Below are positions 12,850 to 27,190 of a stretch of DNA of 64,000 bases, piece after piece. A program made the translations under genes and the position numbers. The number at the start of each line of letters is the position of its first letter. Position 1 is the stretch's first letter. The notes below the pieces were generated by a model that had not been told where the DNA came from, made no database searches, and saw nothing but the letters and a program-made list of their open reading frames with translations. The stretch is from positions 23,562,001-23,626,000 of the forward strand of contig NC_045696.1 of NCBI RefSeq assembly GCF_009834535.1, read 5' to 3'. The DNA is from Camelus ferus (taxonomy: Eukaryota).

Positions 12850-15389
12850 CTGAAAGAAAATAACAAAAAAAACCCTTAATATCACCTTGCCCCTTCTCCA
12901 CTGCAATTTAAGGCACAGGATGTTAGTCAGCAGTGGCATTTTTATATGCATCATCACAATGGTAACATCAAAAATAACCAACTGGGAATGCAATTTAGTT
13001 AAAACTCAACTTCTTCCTAAGTTTTTCACACCTTTTGAAAATTCCAATTGGGTAACAAAACCAGGAAAGAGAAAACTCTTCTAATGACTTTCCTTCTTCC
13101 ATGATAATTCTTTACATTAGAATTTCTAACCCAAAGAGAAAGACACTGGATAAAATATGGCTTATGAGCTCGATTTTTATGGCTTCTTCAATATGTCACT
13201 ATTGTTACCACAAATGGTACATATACTTAATGCAATCAACCACACTGTCAAAAACCTGTGACAAAGTAACTTGTAAGACGTAGTGCACAAATGAAAAAAA
13301 AAAGAGTAAGTGATCACAATTCTCATGCTAAAACTAGAAACTGATACTTTCCTGTTTTAAATTTAATGTTCCTACTGGAATTTTGATGAATTTAAGAAAA
13401 GATCCATCATTAACAAATATGGGGTTTATACTGATAATCATACTTAAAGTCTTCTAAAATGACTAGTGTTCAAAGAATTGAATGCCTCATTGCTATGAGT
13501 CAACTCCTCCACACAGTCTGGCAACTGTTCAGTTAAGCATGAAATGCAACAAAACTTCAAAATTATTTTCATAAAACAGATTCAAGTTTTACATAAATTT
13601 CATTTATTTAAAGAAAAATGAACTTGTGAATCAACAAATACAGAAGTATAAAATAATGTAGCAAGTATTTTTAAAGTGCTTATTATAAGCCGTGTAATGT
13701 ACAACTGTAAAAAGAAAACTGGTGCATACGATACTGAATGTGATATTTTCAAGTGCCACAAAATGCCACCACACAAATGTCAATAAACTAAGGGTATGCT
13801 AATTTAAATTCAAATAAAAAAAAAAAAAGCAGGAACTATGCACATTTGGCAAGCTGAATGTGATCGTGAAAGCTGCTATCTTTCTCTAAATAAAGCCAGT
13901 AAGAAGTAGTTATTCAAAACTATTTCTCCCTCCCAAAATGCTAATGATTACCTGTTTTGAGACTACGAGCTGGATTTAGTTTATCTTTTACTGAAAGCTG
14001 AAGTAACTTGTTTTATATGGATATTACCTGAAATTGACTAGAGGAAGTTATGAAAGCTCTAATACCAGAAACATTTCTTAAGTTTTAGAATATTTTGAGC
14101 AATGTTTGCTTATTTATTCTTACATGACATTGGCAAAAGTTTTTTTAGTTAGTTCTAATTCACACCTAAAATTACTATTAAGAATGAAAACATACCCCAT
14201 ATTTATTACAAGTAAAACTTTTGATGCCTTAGGATAATATTCTCTATGCCCTTCCATAACACTCAAACAAGTTGACTTCAAGAACTATTACTTTCATATT
14301 TAGTTGCAATGATTTAAATGCCACTATTTAAAATTATATGTAATTATTAAAGTATGTGAACTATTTGAAGTTAAGTAATTCACAGGAATTTACAAAGGCC
14401 AACAGAAATGAAACGACCCAAATTGGGGGTATGCTTCTCTATAAACCATGAAAAGTCCAGGAAATGGTTCCATACCTTAGGAAAGTACATTCATAATATA
14501 TTATGTAATATGTCTCTGTGTGGATTTGTTTCCTCTACCAGCAGTGATAGTTTTTTCCTACTACAGCAGTAGAATGATTTCATGTTCTCATTCCAATGCT
14601 GATCAGGACACGAGGGGATAGCCAGACATTCCCTAAATTCATTTAAAAAATATTATGAGTATGTCTAGCTCTGTGATTTTAAAATTATACATATAGCAGT
14701 ACATAACTAGAATTTTAAGTGACATAAAACAATGGGACTTTTTTTCTTTCAAAATAGTTTTCCATTCAATAAAAACTATTTAATTCTCTAATCTAACTGG
14801 CATGCCATGCTGTGAGAGACAGGTCATTAAATGTAAAAACGATGATTATATTCTCCATATCTCTAAACACCATCATTATCATCATCATCATCATTACTAC
14901 TACCTTTTATAATGAACTGACAGGAGTAACAGATTTCTGCAGTTAGTGAGTAAAGAATTTAGATAATCAGCATTGGCAAAAACAGTGCTCCTGAATTTAA
15001 TGTGACTATAAATCTGACCCATTAACAGAATACTTTCTAGAGAGAAAGTAGTCATTTCTATATGTTAATGGCTGATGTTTCTATTACTATGTTTTAAATA
15101 CCTTGTTTTTGTGAGATTATATAAATACTGAGGGGGCAAGGAAAAACAGACCTCCCATTTCAAATTCTTCACAGAACACCAAAATCAGGACATAAACTAA
15201 CCATGAGAAGCAAAACTTTCCTATTCTGATTCAAAAATTAGTTTCAGTCATTCCATTGTCTTCACTTCTTTGCCCTTTCACTTTAAAAGATAAATTTCCT
15301 AAATAATATCTACATATATCTAATATTGTACATGTAGGTATTATTTCTCCAATTTAGTTTTTAGTTAAAGTTCTGTAAAATTTATCTCA

Positions 15390-15920
15390 GCACTTTTATA
15401 TGATTATAACTTGGTACAACTTTGTGGAGGGAAATTTGGCACTATGTACATTTTTTAATGAGTATGCCCTGTGACCCAAAGATTCCAGTTTTGAACATCC
15501 TTCATTCCAAAGAGCTCAAGGGTATTTATAAAAACATTCTTTGAAATAATTCTCTGTCCAACTACTGTCACATAGAAGAATTAAGTTAATTTAATTTTAT
15601 AAATACAGGCTATGTGATACTCTGCAGGGTTTGAAAAGAATGGTGTAAATCTATATACTGACATGGAAAGATACTCACAATATACTGATGAGTGAAAAAT
15701 ATGTCTCAGGACAGTATGAACAGATAGATATAAATATTTATATGTGCATAGCAATAGTCTAAAAGAATGCACAACACATTATTAGTACTGAATACCCACA
15801 CCAGAAGGGAGGTACTTATTCTTTGAAACTCTTTCCCTTTAATAAGCAACCAAAAAAACATCTCCAGTTTTCTTGGAGAGTCTGACTCATCTACAAATGG
15901 CATACTATTTAATTAAAATT
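15390..15920 (+). mobile_element. Old L1 (L1ME-like) 3'UTR fragment
   Basis: Contains ggtacaactttgtggagggaaatttggca, ccctgtgacccaaagattccagttt and acatggaaagatactcacaatatactg. Confidence 0.6.
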
Positions 15921-18121
15921 TAAAATTTATGATTTAGAAAGATATTTTGTAAGTAATTATCTTACTTAGAATCATTTTGAATTTATTCAGTTGTCTTGAT
16001 GCATCATTACAGAAATGAAAACTTAATAGCTCAGTGGATGTTTTAACACAAGCAATTCTGGAGACTAAAGATCTTTACGTTAGTTTGCTCAGCTATTTTA
16101 GCAAATGAGACATTTTCTGTATCAAAGTAAGATCAACAGTTTTTACTAAATAATAGTGTAAGAGATAAAAGGCATTAACATCAAGGATTATGCCAATTTA
16201 GAAAAAAGCCTAAAATGTTGTTCACTCATCTTTATTGAGAAATAAAATAATTATTCTGAAGGACATAATGAAATAAGAACATAATTTATGTATGCTATTA
16301 AAAATTTTTAATATATTCTACTCTAGTCAGGGATAGTCACTTAAACCAGGTTGCATGATTACTGAAACTACTGTGTCCAGCAAATCTAGGCAACTGGTAA
16401 CAGGAATCACAGGTAATCAAACTGCTATTATTGAGACTGCTTGGAAACTGCTGAATTCAGAGACAATGACAAACCACTGGATACTTTAGGTTAGATGGGA
16501 AAACCTAGGCAGAAAATATATACTGCAGCATGAGGCATTCAGAGTATGAAGCCAAAGGCAGAAGACAAACTTGATTTTTAAAAAATGACATTAAGAGTTA
16601 ATGTAAAAAAAATATTTTAAAAGCTGGGAATATGTGAGAAAGATTCTTAATTAATTAATTACCAATAATCCATAGTGCATTTCATTTGAGCTACTTTAAC
16701 AATGTAAGGAAAATGCCATCCTTCTTTTGCTGCCCAAACCCATCATCCTTCTACTTAATAGGAAACAGATCACACTTTATGGGGGGGGTCTGCTTTCTTG
16801 TTCCACTTAGGATCTTTGGAAAGTCCCAACCCTTACAGATCTGTTTTTCAATCAATAAAATATAGAAGTTTAATTTAAATATTCTTAATTAGAGATCTGT
16901 GTCAGAGTCACTTGTGGAGTTCTCGTGCCCATGTACCATATCCCTACCATAAATTCCAATGTGATAACTTTGAAGGGGGACCTAGGCATCTGTTGAGAAT
17001 CACTGAAGTAGATAATCAATGATGTATAGAGAAAAGCAATTTCAAATATTTTTTCTTTCTCTCTCTCTCTCCCTTAAAGAGAAGGCCAAAAATAGCAAAT
17101 ATTATTTATTTCTGTTTTGGTATGTGAAGGAAAAGAAAATGAGGATGGAGTTAGAATTACATCTTTTATAAAAAGTACACAATTCAGATAAAAGCAATTC
17201 ATTCTCAAAGATACAAGAACTCAGTCCCTTTTTAGATAGAAAGAGATATCATCACTTAATATTTATTAAGCAACAACTCAGAGATAAAAACCTCTGAAAC
17301 TTTCTTTTAATAGCACTGAGACATTTTGCTCAGTGAATATGCAGTACGTAATTCTATTCAGAGTCACCACACTATCCTAGGGGCATAGTGACTGACACAG
17401 ACGACGATCCCCACCCTCATGCACACAGCTTACATCTAGAGAGCTATCACCAATTGCTTAATGAAGACTGGTTTTGGAACACATGATCTGTCCTTTACTT
17501 TCTGTCACTCTGAATGAATACAAGAATGGAAGGATACACAGATGGAGCTAAAGAGATGAACGGAGAGACGAAGATGGGTGGCAAGGCAGAGAGACCAGTA
17601 AAGACAAACAGATTTGTAATACATTTAATATATTTTTTTCTTGAGGAAGCAAGTTCTTCCATATGCCCTTCATGCAAGTACATAGTATTTTTATGAGAAA
17701 AGGAATCTGGTGTTGCCTATTTAGGCCTGGATGTATTCCAACAATATCTGATATAAGAAATACACGTTTATATAAAATTCCACTCTAATATCCGTATTTT
17801 CCTTCCTTACTTCCAGGACTGGAATACCGTAATGGCCAGTGCCTTGACTAAAAAGTCTAAGAAGACTGAACAATGTTCTAAAGGAGGATTTTAACAGAAA
17901 AATTTGAGAAAAACTATTTAAATGAGAATTTAACACAGATTATAGACTATATTGACTGTGTAGGTTTCCCAAATATGTCTAAATTACCATAACTAAATCC
18001 AAACACATTTTCTGAGTATTCTCTTAATTATTAGGTACCTATATATATATAAGTAGAGCCTTAAATTACGCTTTGCAACAATACTTGCAGGAAAGAGGAA
18101 TAAAGAACATGTTAAACTCAC

Positions 18122-18270
18122 CTCTTGGCCAGATTTTCCTGAATTTTCTGAATGTAAAGACTCAATTTCTCCTTCAATCATAGCAGCTTCTAGGCACTCA
18201 TGTAGATCTTTGAATCCATTGACCTGAAGTGGGTACTGACCAAACATTTCAGTATTTTCAAATTTTTTAC
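18122..18270 (-). CDS. USP25: USP25 coding exon 10 equivalent, 149 nt
   Basis: taacag|GTAAAAAA...CAAGAG|gtgagt. Translates [49 protein letters not shown]; partly seen in ORF 17993..18247. Confidence 0.96.
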
Positions 18271-18699
18271 CTGTTAAGACGGGGAAAAGTTAATTAATTT
18301 GTTTCTCAATATGGCCTTTTATCTACTAAAAGTAAATGTATATACAAATTATCTCCTGAACCTGAAAACTGTAACTGTTTATGTTCCAGACTGCAGTAAG
18401 TTAGTGTAATTTTCCTGTTGGCTCATACATGTACACATGTATATTCCCATCTAGCTATTGATATTCATTATACACCCACATGTGTATATGTATATAATTA
18501 TACATACACGTGTGTGTGTGTGTGTGTGTGTTTATTTATTCTTTCAAAAAGTACTTTTTAAGGGCAAGATAGCTGTGCTAAAACAGCATATATATAGCAG
18601 TGTACAAAAGAGATATGGCTTCTGAGCCAAAGAAACTCTCAGCCTCTTTTGGAAAAAGACATTATACACATTATTTGCACATATAATTAGAACTAAATG

Positions 18700-20000
18700 A
18701 TTGTCTGTTATTATAGATGTTATAAAAGGGGTGGTGAGACAGACTGCTGTGAGAGGGTATATAAAAGGGAGCAAACCTAGCTTTTAAAGCTGGAAGGTAG
18801 GGCAGTGAAGGCTTCCATAGCAAAATGACATTTGCACTGAGACTTGAAAGGTGAGTGGGAGTTGGCCAGGCCAGAGTGTTGGGAAGCCAGTGTCCTTGGC
18901 CAAAGGACACACACAAAGACTTTCAAATAAAGGAAGTGGCATGTTTAAAGAATGAAGGGAAGGGAAGTATAGCTTGGGAGAGCAATGAGGAGATGACAAT
19001 GAAGAGTGAGGTGGGGCATAAAAGTCAAATTCTTAACAAAGTCCAGCAGCCCTGGTAAAGTGAGCCTGGTTTTTCCAGTATATTCTGAGTAAAACAGAAA
19101 GCCACTGGATAATTAAATCTAGGAATAATAGGCTCAGATTTACATCTCTGAAACATCCTTATGGCTTCTGTGTTAAGTGAATGGTATACTGTTAGGGGAC
19201 TTACAGAATCCATCTAAAAATAAAGGTAGTATGGAACAAGGTGTTAATAGTAAAAGTGCATAAAAACAGGTGAAATTGCACCCATTTATAAATATGTACA
19301 AAAGAGAGCACCAATAGGACATGAGTGACTAGCATAGACAGGACGGGGGCTAGAAGAGAAAGGAAGGTATCAAGAATGATACTCAGATATTTAGCATGAA
19401 TGACTCAATTGACTTTTATGTACTGAAAGGGGCACCAGTGAAGGAAGAACACAGAATCATTTTTCCTTTTGTTATAAGACAGCAGGGACAATCTTTAGTT
19501 TACAATGGCCTATGAGACAGCAAGTCAAGAAGAGTTGGACATATGAGTCTGTAATCAAGATTAATCTTTTGGTCTGAAGCTACAAATTGGAGAATTGCTG
19601 GCTTACTGATAGCAGGAAATCAAGGGAGTCAGTGAGACTGCCCAAGGGATTAGCAGACAGGAAGAGGAGAGGGCCTAAGTCCCAAGGATCTCCTATCTCA
19701 AGATATAAGAAGAAACTATAAATATAACTTCTAAGAAGTACTCACAGAGCCATGAAAAAAGCCAAGAGAATATACTGTGACAGAAGCCAGAGAAGCATTT
19801 CTAAGGAAAAAGGAGGAGAGAGTAAAGTCAACAGCATTCGGAGCTGACAAGAATTAGACGAGAACCAAGAGGGATCCAATGGACTAACACACATGTAGGA
19901 AATTAAAGACATCTCCAGATAGAGATACTAGAGTAAGATAAAAGAGATACTAGATAGAGTAAGGTCTGAGTGAAAGCATGAAAGGATGAGATTCTTAACA
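18700..20000 (-). mobile_element. L2 LINE fragment(s)
   Basis: Contains gacatttgcactgagacttgaaaggtgagtgggagttggccagg, gtatcaagaatgatactcagatattt and gttggacatatgagtctg. Boundaries approximate. Confidence 0.65.
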
Positions 20001-22018
20001 CATATTAAGAACAGCCATTCAAATTAGACTGAATAATTTCTTTATTACCTGGAGTGACAAATAAAAAGAATGTGGCGGAGGTAGGAATGGAATGAGAAGC
20101 CTAAAGCTCATATAGTTGAGGAGTCATTTTTAAGAACTATGATAAAAAATCATAAACACATAACTAGATTCAGGGTCTTAGACAGGACCCATGGTTAGGT
20201 TTCAGCAGCTTCAGAGTTAAATATATGAAATTTATTTAAGGTTAAGGTCTTTCTCAAAAAAAGAAGAGACAAAGAAATAAATTAGAAGTAGAAAAGCTGG
20301 AAATTGTTATTACAGAAAATGGGAAAGAAGATAGTAAATTAAACAAACCAAATATGAATGCCAAGTAGGGTTATGGGATTGGGACCAGTGAAGCTTGGAA
20401 TCACTACAACTCTGGGATCCATTATAGTTAGCCCATGTGAATGACCTTCCCCTAGCAACAGTCAGGCACTCAGCACATGCAGAGAAGAGAAATAGCTTCA
20501 CGAGGGTTAGAGCCGACCCTGAGAAGTGGTGCCAGAAGGGAATGAGAGAAGGAGTTTTAGATATGTATAGGAATGATCATAATGAGCAAGGAAGGAAGTG
20601 AAGAAAAAGGCTGAGAAGAACAAAAATAGAGGTCAATGGACTAGAAGTTCTGGAAGAGCTGAAGAATTTTTATAATGGAGTACTTTCAGTAAACAAACTG
20701 AAAATCACCCCCAATTAAGAGTCCCTAGCCTAAAAGAAATCATTAGGAAGATATCTATAAATATGATAAGTGCTCTAAAATAAATTATTTTTACTGAAGC
20801 AAACACATAGTTCACCTGGAAATGTATTAAAATCACATTTATGCAACACAATAGCTTGGAAACAACATACTAAAACCATGTACAAAGACTTCAACACTAA
20901 CTGGAAATTATTTTAATAATCACTTTTAAGAATCTAGATAATACAGGTGGAAATGCTCATGAAGAGTGTTATAAACAGTGCCCAGTCACAAAGTGATTAG
21001 AGCTCCTCTACTGCTCAGATCCAGTGCTCCACCTTCAAATAAAACTGCTATGACAGTACGGACAGCCCAACTGGAATGTAATGCATGGTATAAAACATTC
21101 TACTATTTATGTAATGAATATTTAACATCTGAGACAAACAAAATGTTAACACCCCAATATAACCTTTGGAATGTCTGACTAAATTCTGAGTTAGTGTCTG
21201 CCTCTGTCTAAATCCCAAACTACAAAACTGGTCAAACAAAGCTTCATGGGAATCCATCACTTAAGATCATGAGGAAAAATCAATTTTCTGAATTTTATAC
21301 TTTGGGTGATATGGGTAAACTTTCAAAACTTGATGTATTGGGCCATTTGGGAAACACACTTTTTTAAAAATGTATGCTTTGGGAGTCAGTAGTATTATTT
21401 GAAGTATATCTTATGAGTCAGTTCCCATCCCTTGTTAAGAAAACCAAAGAGTAATTGGTTAGGCCTGGATTTTAAGTAACATGAATAGTTATCACTCAAC
21501 TGATTTTCCAAAAGATAGAAAATAACTCTTTCTTGAAAACTGCATTTTAAAGAATTTTATAATCATCTCAATATGGAAACTCTGCAATATCCTGACTATG
21601 CTAAATTGCTAAGTACAGCTTTCAACCTGCATACACTTGAAACCCTCAATAATAGTGCCCATCACACCACGCCTAGTATTCTACCCCAATATTACTTTCA
21701 AAAGATCCACCAACTGCCCTCATAATCCCTGTATCCTCCCAACAATTCACAGTATCACAGAACCCTTCCCATGGAAAGAACATCAGGATAACATTAACTG
21801 AGTATCAATTAGCATATGATAGTATACTCTGTACCTTCCTTTACATGCACTCGATTCTTCGTTTTCTATGTAAATTATTAGTAGTAATGCAACAGAAACT
21901 ACTAGAATAAGTCAAATTAAAAGTTAAAACCGTTCCACAAAGTCAGTATCATGACAAAGAAGCTAATTGTTAATAATACCTCAATTGTAATTAAAAAAAC
22001 AAATATATGTAACTGTAC

Positions 22019-22092
22019 CTTCAAGTACTCCTACAGCTAGGAATCTTCCATAGAACAACTCTACCATGGGGTTCTTTGGCTTTTCTTCATCC
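22019..22092 (-). CDS. USP25: USP25 coding exon 9 equivalent, 74 nt
   Basis: ttttag|GGATGAA...CTTGAAG|gtacag. Translates [24 protein letters not shown](G); phase 2 to 1. Confidence 0.96.
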
Positions 22093-22189
22093 CTAAAAAT
22101 CATGTTAAAAACATAAATGTTATAATTTTTATACCTGCAAATAATAGAGAAAACATTAAAAGAACAGTACTATATGCCAGGACAATAAC

Positions 22190-22400
22190 ACTTATGTGAT
22201 TATCATGCACTTGGCTCTGCTATTTACAGTGTCGGGCCAAGGAACTTAAATTTATTCTCCATTTCTTCACCTGTCAACTGAGGATAATAATGGTTACTGA
22301 ACCACAAGGCTATTGTATGGGTTAAAAGGAGTTTCTACACGGGAACTCTTGTAAGAGGACCTTAGCACAGTCTGCGTTCATGAAGGAATATTTCCATTAT
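22190..22400 (+). mobile_element. MIR SINE
   Basis: MIR core-like atttcttcacctgtcaactgaggataataatgg...ggctattgtatgggttaaa...cacttagcacag-type sequence. Confidence 0.6.
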
Positions 22401-23001
22401 CATCATATATTTCAATTTTAGACTTTTAGTCTGTACAATATATGCTTTTTTGGACTTGCTGGGAAGGGGGAAAAGCCACTTAATCAAAGTAAGCTTCTAT
22501 AAAATTTGAATATGTCATTTCTCACATTTACCTAGAAGAGTGCACTCCAGCAGTCAACAGCGAAGGAGCAAATCAGCAGCTTTGACCCAGGTAGCTAAAA
22601 GCTACTCCAGTCTTTCTACAGTTTCATGTTGCTGATAAAATTACTCACTTGTAAATTTTCCAATTTCTTTAACATATGAATTTGTTGTTTTTCCTTTTTT
22701 GCTTGAAGTAAATAGAAACTGATAAATTTTAACCTTTTCTCTTTATGTTTTATACTCTGTGGTGCAAAAACACAAAGTTTATATTGGTCTTACTGTACAA
22801 AAGTATGTTGTATCCACAACTGTACAGAGACTTTTTCTTCATGAATTTTGTATTTAAATTAGTAAAACTAACTTAATTTAAAAAGGAGAGAAGGACACTA
22901 TCTGTCTCTTGATAAATGTACTATATGCATCATCATTTAAACCATAAAACAATTGGTGGGAAGTACGTGACTTAATCTTTGCAGTAGTCCTATGAAGTAG
23001 C

Positions 23002-24197
23002 GTGGTGGTCATTAGTGCTATTCAAAAAGATTTCTGGCCTTCTACTTTCAAGTATATACTAAAGCACTTACCCACTCACTCATTTAAATGTTAAATAGTT
23101 TTAAATTGTGATAAAATACATGTAATATAAAATTTACCATCTTAACCATTTTTAACTGTGAAGTTCGGTGGTGTTAAGTATACTCACACTGCTGTGCAAC
23201 CAATGTCCAGAACTCTCTTGATCATGTGAAACCGAATTTCCTCAGTTAAACAACTCCACATGTCTCCCTCCCGCCAGGTCCTGGGAACCACCACTCTACC
23301 TTTCTGTTTCTTTGAGCTTGACAACCCTTGACATCTCATGTAAGTGACATATGGTGCTTGTCTTTTTGACTGGCTTATTTCACTTAACAACATGTCTTCA
23401 AGGTTCATCCATGTTGCAGCATATATCAGAATTTCCTTCCTTTTTAAGGATATTCCACTGTACATTTATACCACATTTGTTTTCCCATTCATCCATGGAC
23501 ATATGAGTTGCTTCCAACCTTTTGTCTACTGTGAATAATGCTACTCTGAACTTATCTCTTTGAGATCTGTCTATCTTTCAGATATATACCCTGCAAAGGA
23601 ATTGCTGGGTCATGTTGTTAATTTTTTTTTTCATCTTTGTAGGTATAATTGACAAAGTTGTAAGATATTTAAAGTGTACAATGTGAGGTTAGTTATATGT
23701 ATAAATTGTGAGAGTATTCCTTCCATCAAATGATTATCTATTTTTAATTTTTTGAGGAACAACCATGTTTTCCACAGCAGCTGCAACATTTTACATTCCC
23801 ATCCACAAAAAGGTCCAATTTTTTTTCACACTTTCTCCAATACTTGTTATTTTCTGTTTTCTTTTTTTGATAGCAGCCACCCTAATGAGTGTGAGGTGTC
23901 CCCACTCACTTTAAAGTTAGGTAAGTCACATGACTTGCTTTGCACAGCAAAATGGGAACAGAAGTGATGCGTGTCATTTCTGAAGGACTGAAACTTTGAG
24001 AGGCAGCGTATCTTTTGTTGACATGGTGATCCCAGCAGCCTGTGATGAGGTGAAGCCTCTGTCAGCCTGAGGCACCGAGTGAATAAATGAGCAGAGCCCC
24101 TTGCTCACTCACTGGGCACTGCGAAGGCTGTGATTTAAGCCTCTAGGGTTGTGGGGATGTTGCCACAAGATTATCTAGCCCACCCTATATGGCGGCA
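23002..24197 (+). mobile_element. MLT1 (MaLR) LTR split by an L1 insertion
   Basis: 5' part 23002-23090. 3' part 23901-24197 contains gtcacatgacttgctttg...gaacagaagtgatg, gcctctgtcagcctg and ttaagcctctagggttgtgggg. Confidence 0.65.
23098..23899 (-). mobile_element. L1 (L1MB-like) 3' end containing a second, nested L1 3' fragment at about 23621-23750
   Basis: Contains aaatttaccatcttaaccattttta, ttgactggcttatttcacttaac and aggttcatccatgttgcagc. ORF 23184..23465 (KRKEILIYAATWMNLEDMLLSEISQ) is the familiar L1 3'-end translation. Confidence 0.85.
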
Positions 24198-25674
24198 GGT
24201 CGTACTGTTACCTCTATTGTACTGATAATAAAACTGTAGAGTAGGTTAAGTCACTTGTCCAAATTCACTCTACTAGTAAGTCCTCAAGCTGAAAAGTAAT
24301 CTGCCTCCAAAACCTATGCATATCCCACTACACATACTCAATCTCCCAGCATTTTAATTCCATGGAAACAGTTTATTTCATACCTTATTTTTCATACTCT
24401 TACAACAAAAAGGACTTGAGACTGATGTGGAAGAAGGAATAATCCAAAGATTGTCTTTCTTGATGTAAAAGTATACAAATTTTTAGACTTAAATATTAAT
24501 AAGTATCTCCATTTCCACAGCATCATATTTCCATGTAGAAAAGCAATATTCCTTGCTTTTCTCCTTACTGTCACATAAATACCCAACAGAAAGAGCAATT
24601 GATGACGCTGGCAGAAGAAACTGGGTATGAGTGGCTCTAATAATTCTGAATTCTCCTTACAAATATCTTTTCAAATTTTCCTTCCTGAATTTCGGCCTGC
24701 CCTCCACTGACCTGTGGTAAGCACTGACCCTTCCTAAGGAGACACACAGACCTACCTTTTAGATTGTTTACCCTTTTCTTTGCAAACTCTCAGCTTTGAA
24801 TCACAGGGATCCAGACTGTGGTTATCAACAGAAATGTAAGGAATACAAGTGAAGAGCAATTTAAAAAACATGAGACGCCTATAATAAAAATGATACACCC
24901 ACCATTTGCATAAAGACAGAAAAGCTAGGTAGACACAAATATCAAAGGCCAAAAGAAATCGCTGAAGAAAATTTGTATCAAGGACACCTTAGCCTTGGGA
25001 GTTATGTTGACACAGAAAGAGTTCAAAGATTTAGGGCAACTGACAGAGTAACCTACAATGCTTTGGGTCAGTGCTTCTTAATCTTTTTAATGTCACTAGC
25101 ACACATATACTATATGCAGAGAACTCTGGAGTAAAAACAAGTATTTTCTCATGATCAGAGACACAGGCATCAATACCTCCATGTATCTATAACCTGGTAG
25201 GCACCATGGCACACCAATCTAAATAGGCAGAGCACAGTGGTTCAGAAAGTTTTAGCTCCATAAACAGTAAAGAATAAACAGAAAATTACTAAGAAATGAA
25301 TGAGGACAGGGATATATTTCAAATAAGACTTAATCCCCAAAGACTTAAGATTTCAGATAAAATGGGGAAGTTCTAGCTTCTTTTAAAACAGTTTAACAAA
25401 AAGGGGAGAGCATTTATTAGTTACTAGATAGAAAAGGTGACTAAGACCCAAAGAAAACTTTTAAAAAGTAAATGAGTAATGAGGAAAGATTCCAAAGTGA
25501 GAGCACAATGATTCCTTCAGAAGGAACTAAGCTTTAGAAAACAGTCAAGTGGCAGTCTTCCAAGGCTACAGATAAAAAGCAATCAAGGAGTCGCAAGAAG
25601 TGCACACAGAAAATCTAGATAGATTTGACAGGAAGAACTAGGGATTTCAGAGTAATATAGTCAAAGAATCACTG

Positions 25675-27190
25675 CTGGGAAAACTGGACAGCTACATGTG
25701 AAAGAATGAAACTAAACCACTTTCTTATACCACATACAAAATAAACTCAAAATATATTAAAGACTACCTGAAACCACAGAACTTTTAGAAAAAAACATAG
25801 GCAGTATGGTCTTGGACATCAATCTTATTAGTAATATTTCTTTGATTACGTCTCCTCAGGCAGGGAAACAAAAGCAAAAATAAACAAATGGGACTACATC
25901 AAACTAAAAAGCTTCTGCAGAGAAAAGGAAACTATCAAGAAGATGAAAAGGCCACTTACTGAATGGGAAAAGATATTTGCAAATGATACGCGTGATAAGC
26001 GGTTAGTACCTAAAATATACGAAGAACTCATATAATTCAAAAAAAACCAAAACTAATTAATAAATGGTCATAGGAGCTGAATACACATCTTTCCACAGAA
26101 GACATATAGATGGCCAAGAGACACTTGAAAAGATACTCAATATCACTAACCATCAGGGAAATGCAAATCAAAAGCACAACAAGGTATCACCTCACACCTG
26201 TCAGAATGGCTATTAAAAAAATAACAAACAACAAGTGTTAAAAATGTGGAGAAAAGGAAACCTGCATGTACTGTTGATGGGAATGTAAACTGGTGAAGTC
26301 ACTATGGAAAACTCTATGAAGTTCCCTCAAAAAATCAAAAATCAAACTACCCGTAAGATCCAGCAATTCCACTTTGTACTTATCCAAAGAAAACAAAAAC
26401 ACTAATTCAAAAAAATACATGCAACCCTATGTTCACTGAAGCACTGTTTACAATAGCCAAGATATAAAAGCAACTTAAGTACCCATTTATAGATGAATGG
26501 CTAAAAATGATGTGGTATATATATACTACGTAGTGTCATTCAGCCATAAAAAAGAATAAAATCTTTCCATTTGTGACAACATGGATAGACCTAGAGGGTA
26601 ATATAAGTGACCTAAGTCAATATAATATGAGTTCACTTATATGTGGAATCTAAGAAATATAACAAAACAGAAACAGTAATATAGAAAACAAACAGGTGGT
26701 TACCAGAAGGGAAGGGGGTGGGGAATGAGTAAAACAGGTAAGGGAAATTATGAGGTATAAACGTCGTTACAAAGTAAATGAGTCATTGGGATGTACACCA
26801 TGGGGAATATACTCAAAAATAATCTAATATTGTTGTATATGACAAAGGGTAAAAACAAAAGGTACAAATTTCCAGTTACAGGATAAATAAGAACTGAGGC
26901 TGTTATGTACAGCATGATTAATATAATTAACCATACTGCTGCGTTTTATAGATGAAATTGTAAGAGAATATATTCTAAGAATTCTCATCACAGGGAAAAA
27001 TATTTTTTCTTTTTCTTATATTTTCTATCTGAGGTGATGAAAGTTCACTAAACTTACTGTGGTAATCATTTCATAATGTATGTAACTCAAGCATTTGGCT
27101 GTACACTTTAAACTTATACAATGGTGTATGTCAATTACATCTCAATAAAATTGGAAGAAAAACAAACAAATAAATATAAAAACAGAAAAA
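25675..27190 (+). mobile_element. 5'-truncated L1 (ORF2 C-terminus, 3'UTR and A-rich tail), antisense to USP25
   Basis: Contains aaatgggactacatcaaactaaaaagcttctgca, gaaatgcaaatcaaaagcacaac and cacctcacacctgtcagaatggc. Ends tcaataaaattggaagaaaaacaaacaaataaa. The ORF is disrupted. Confidence 0.92.
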
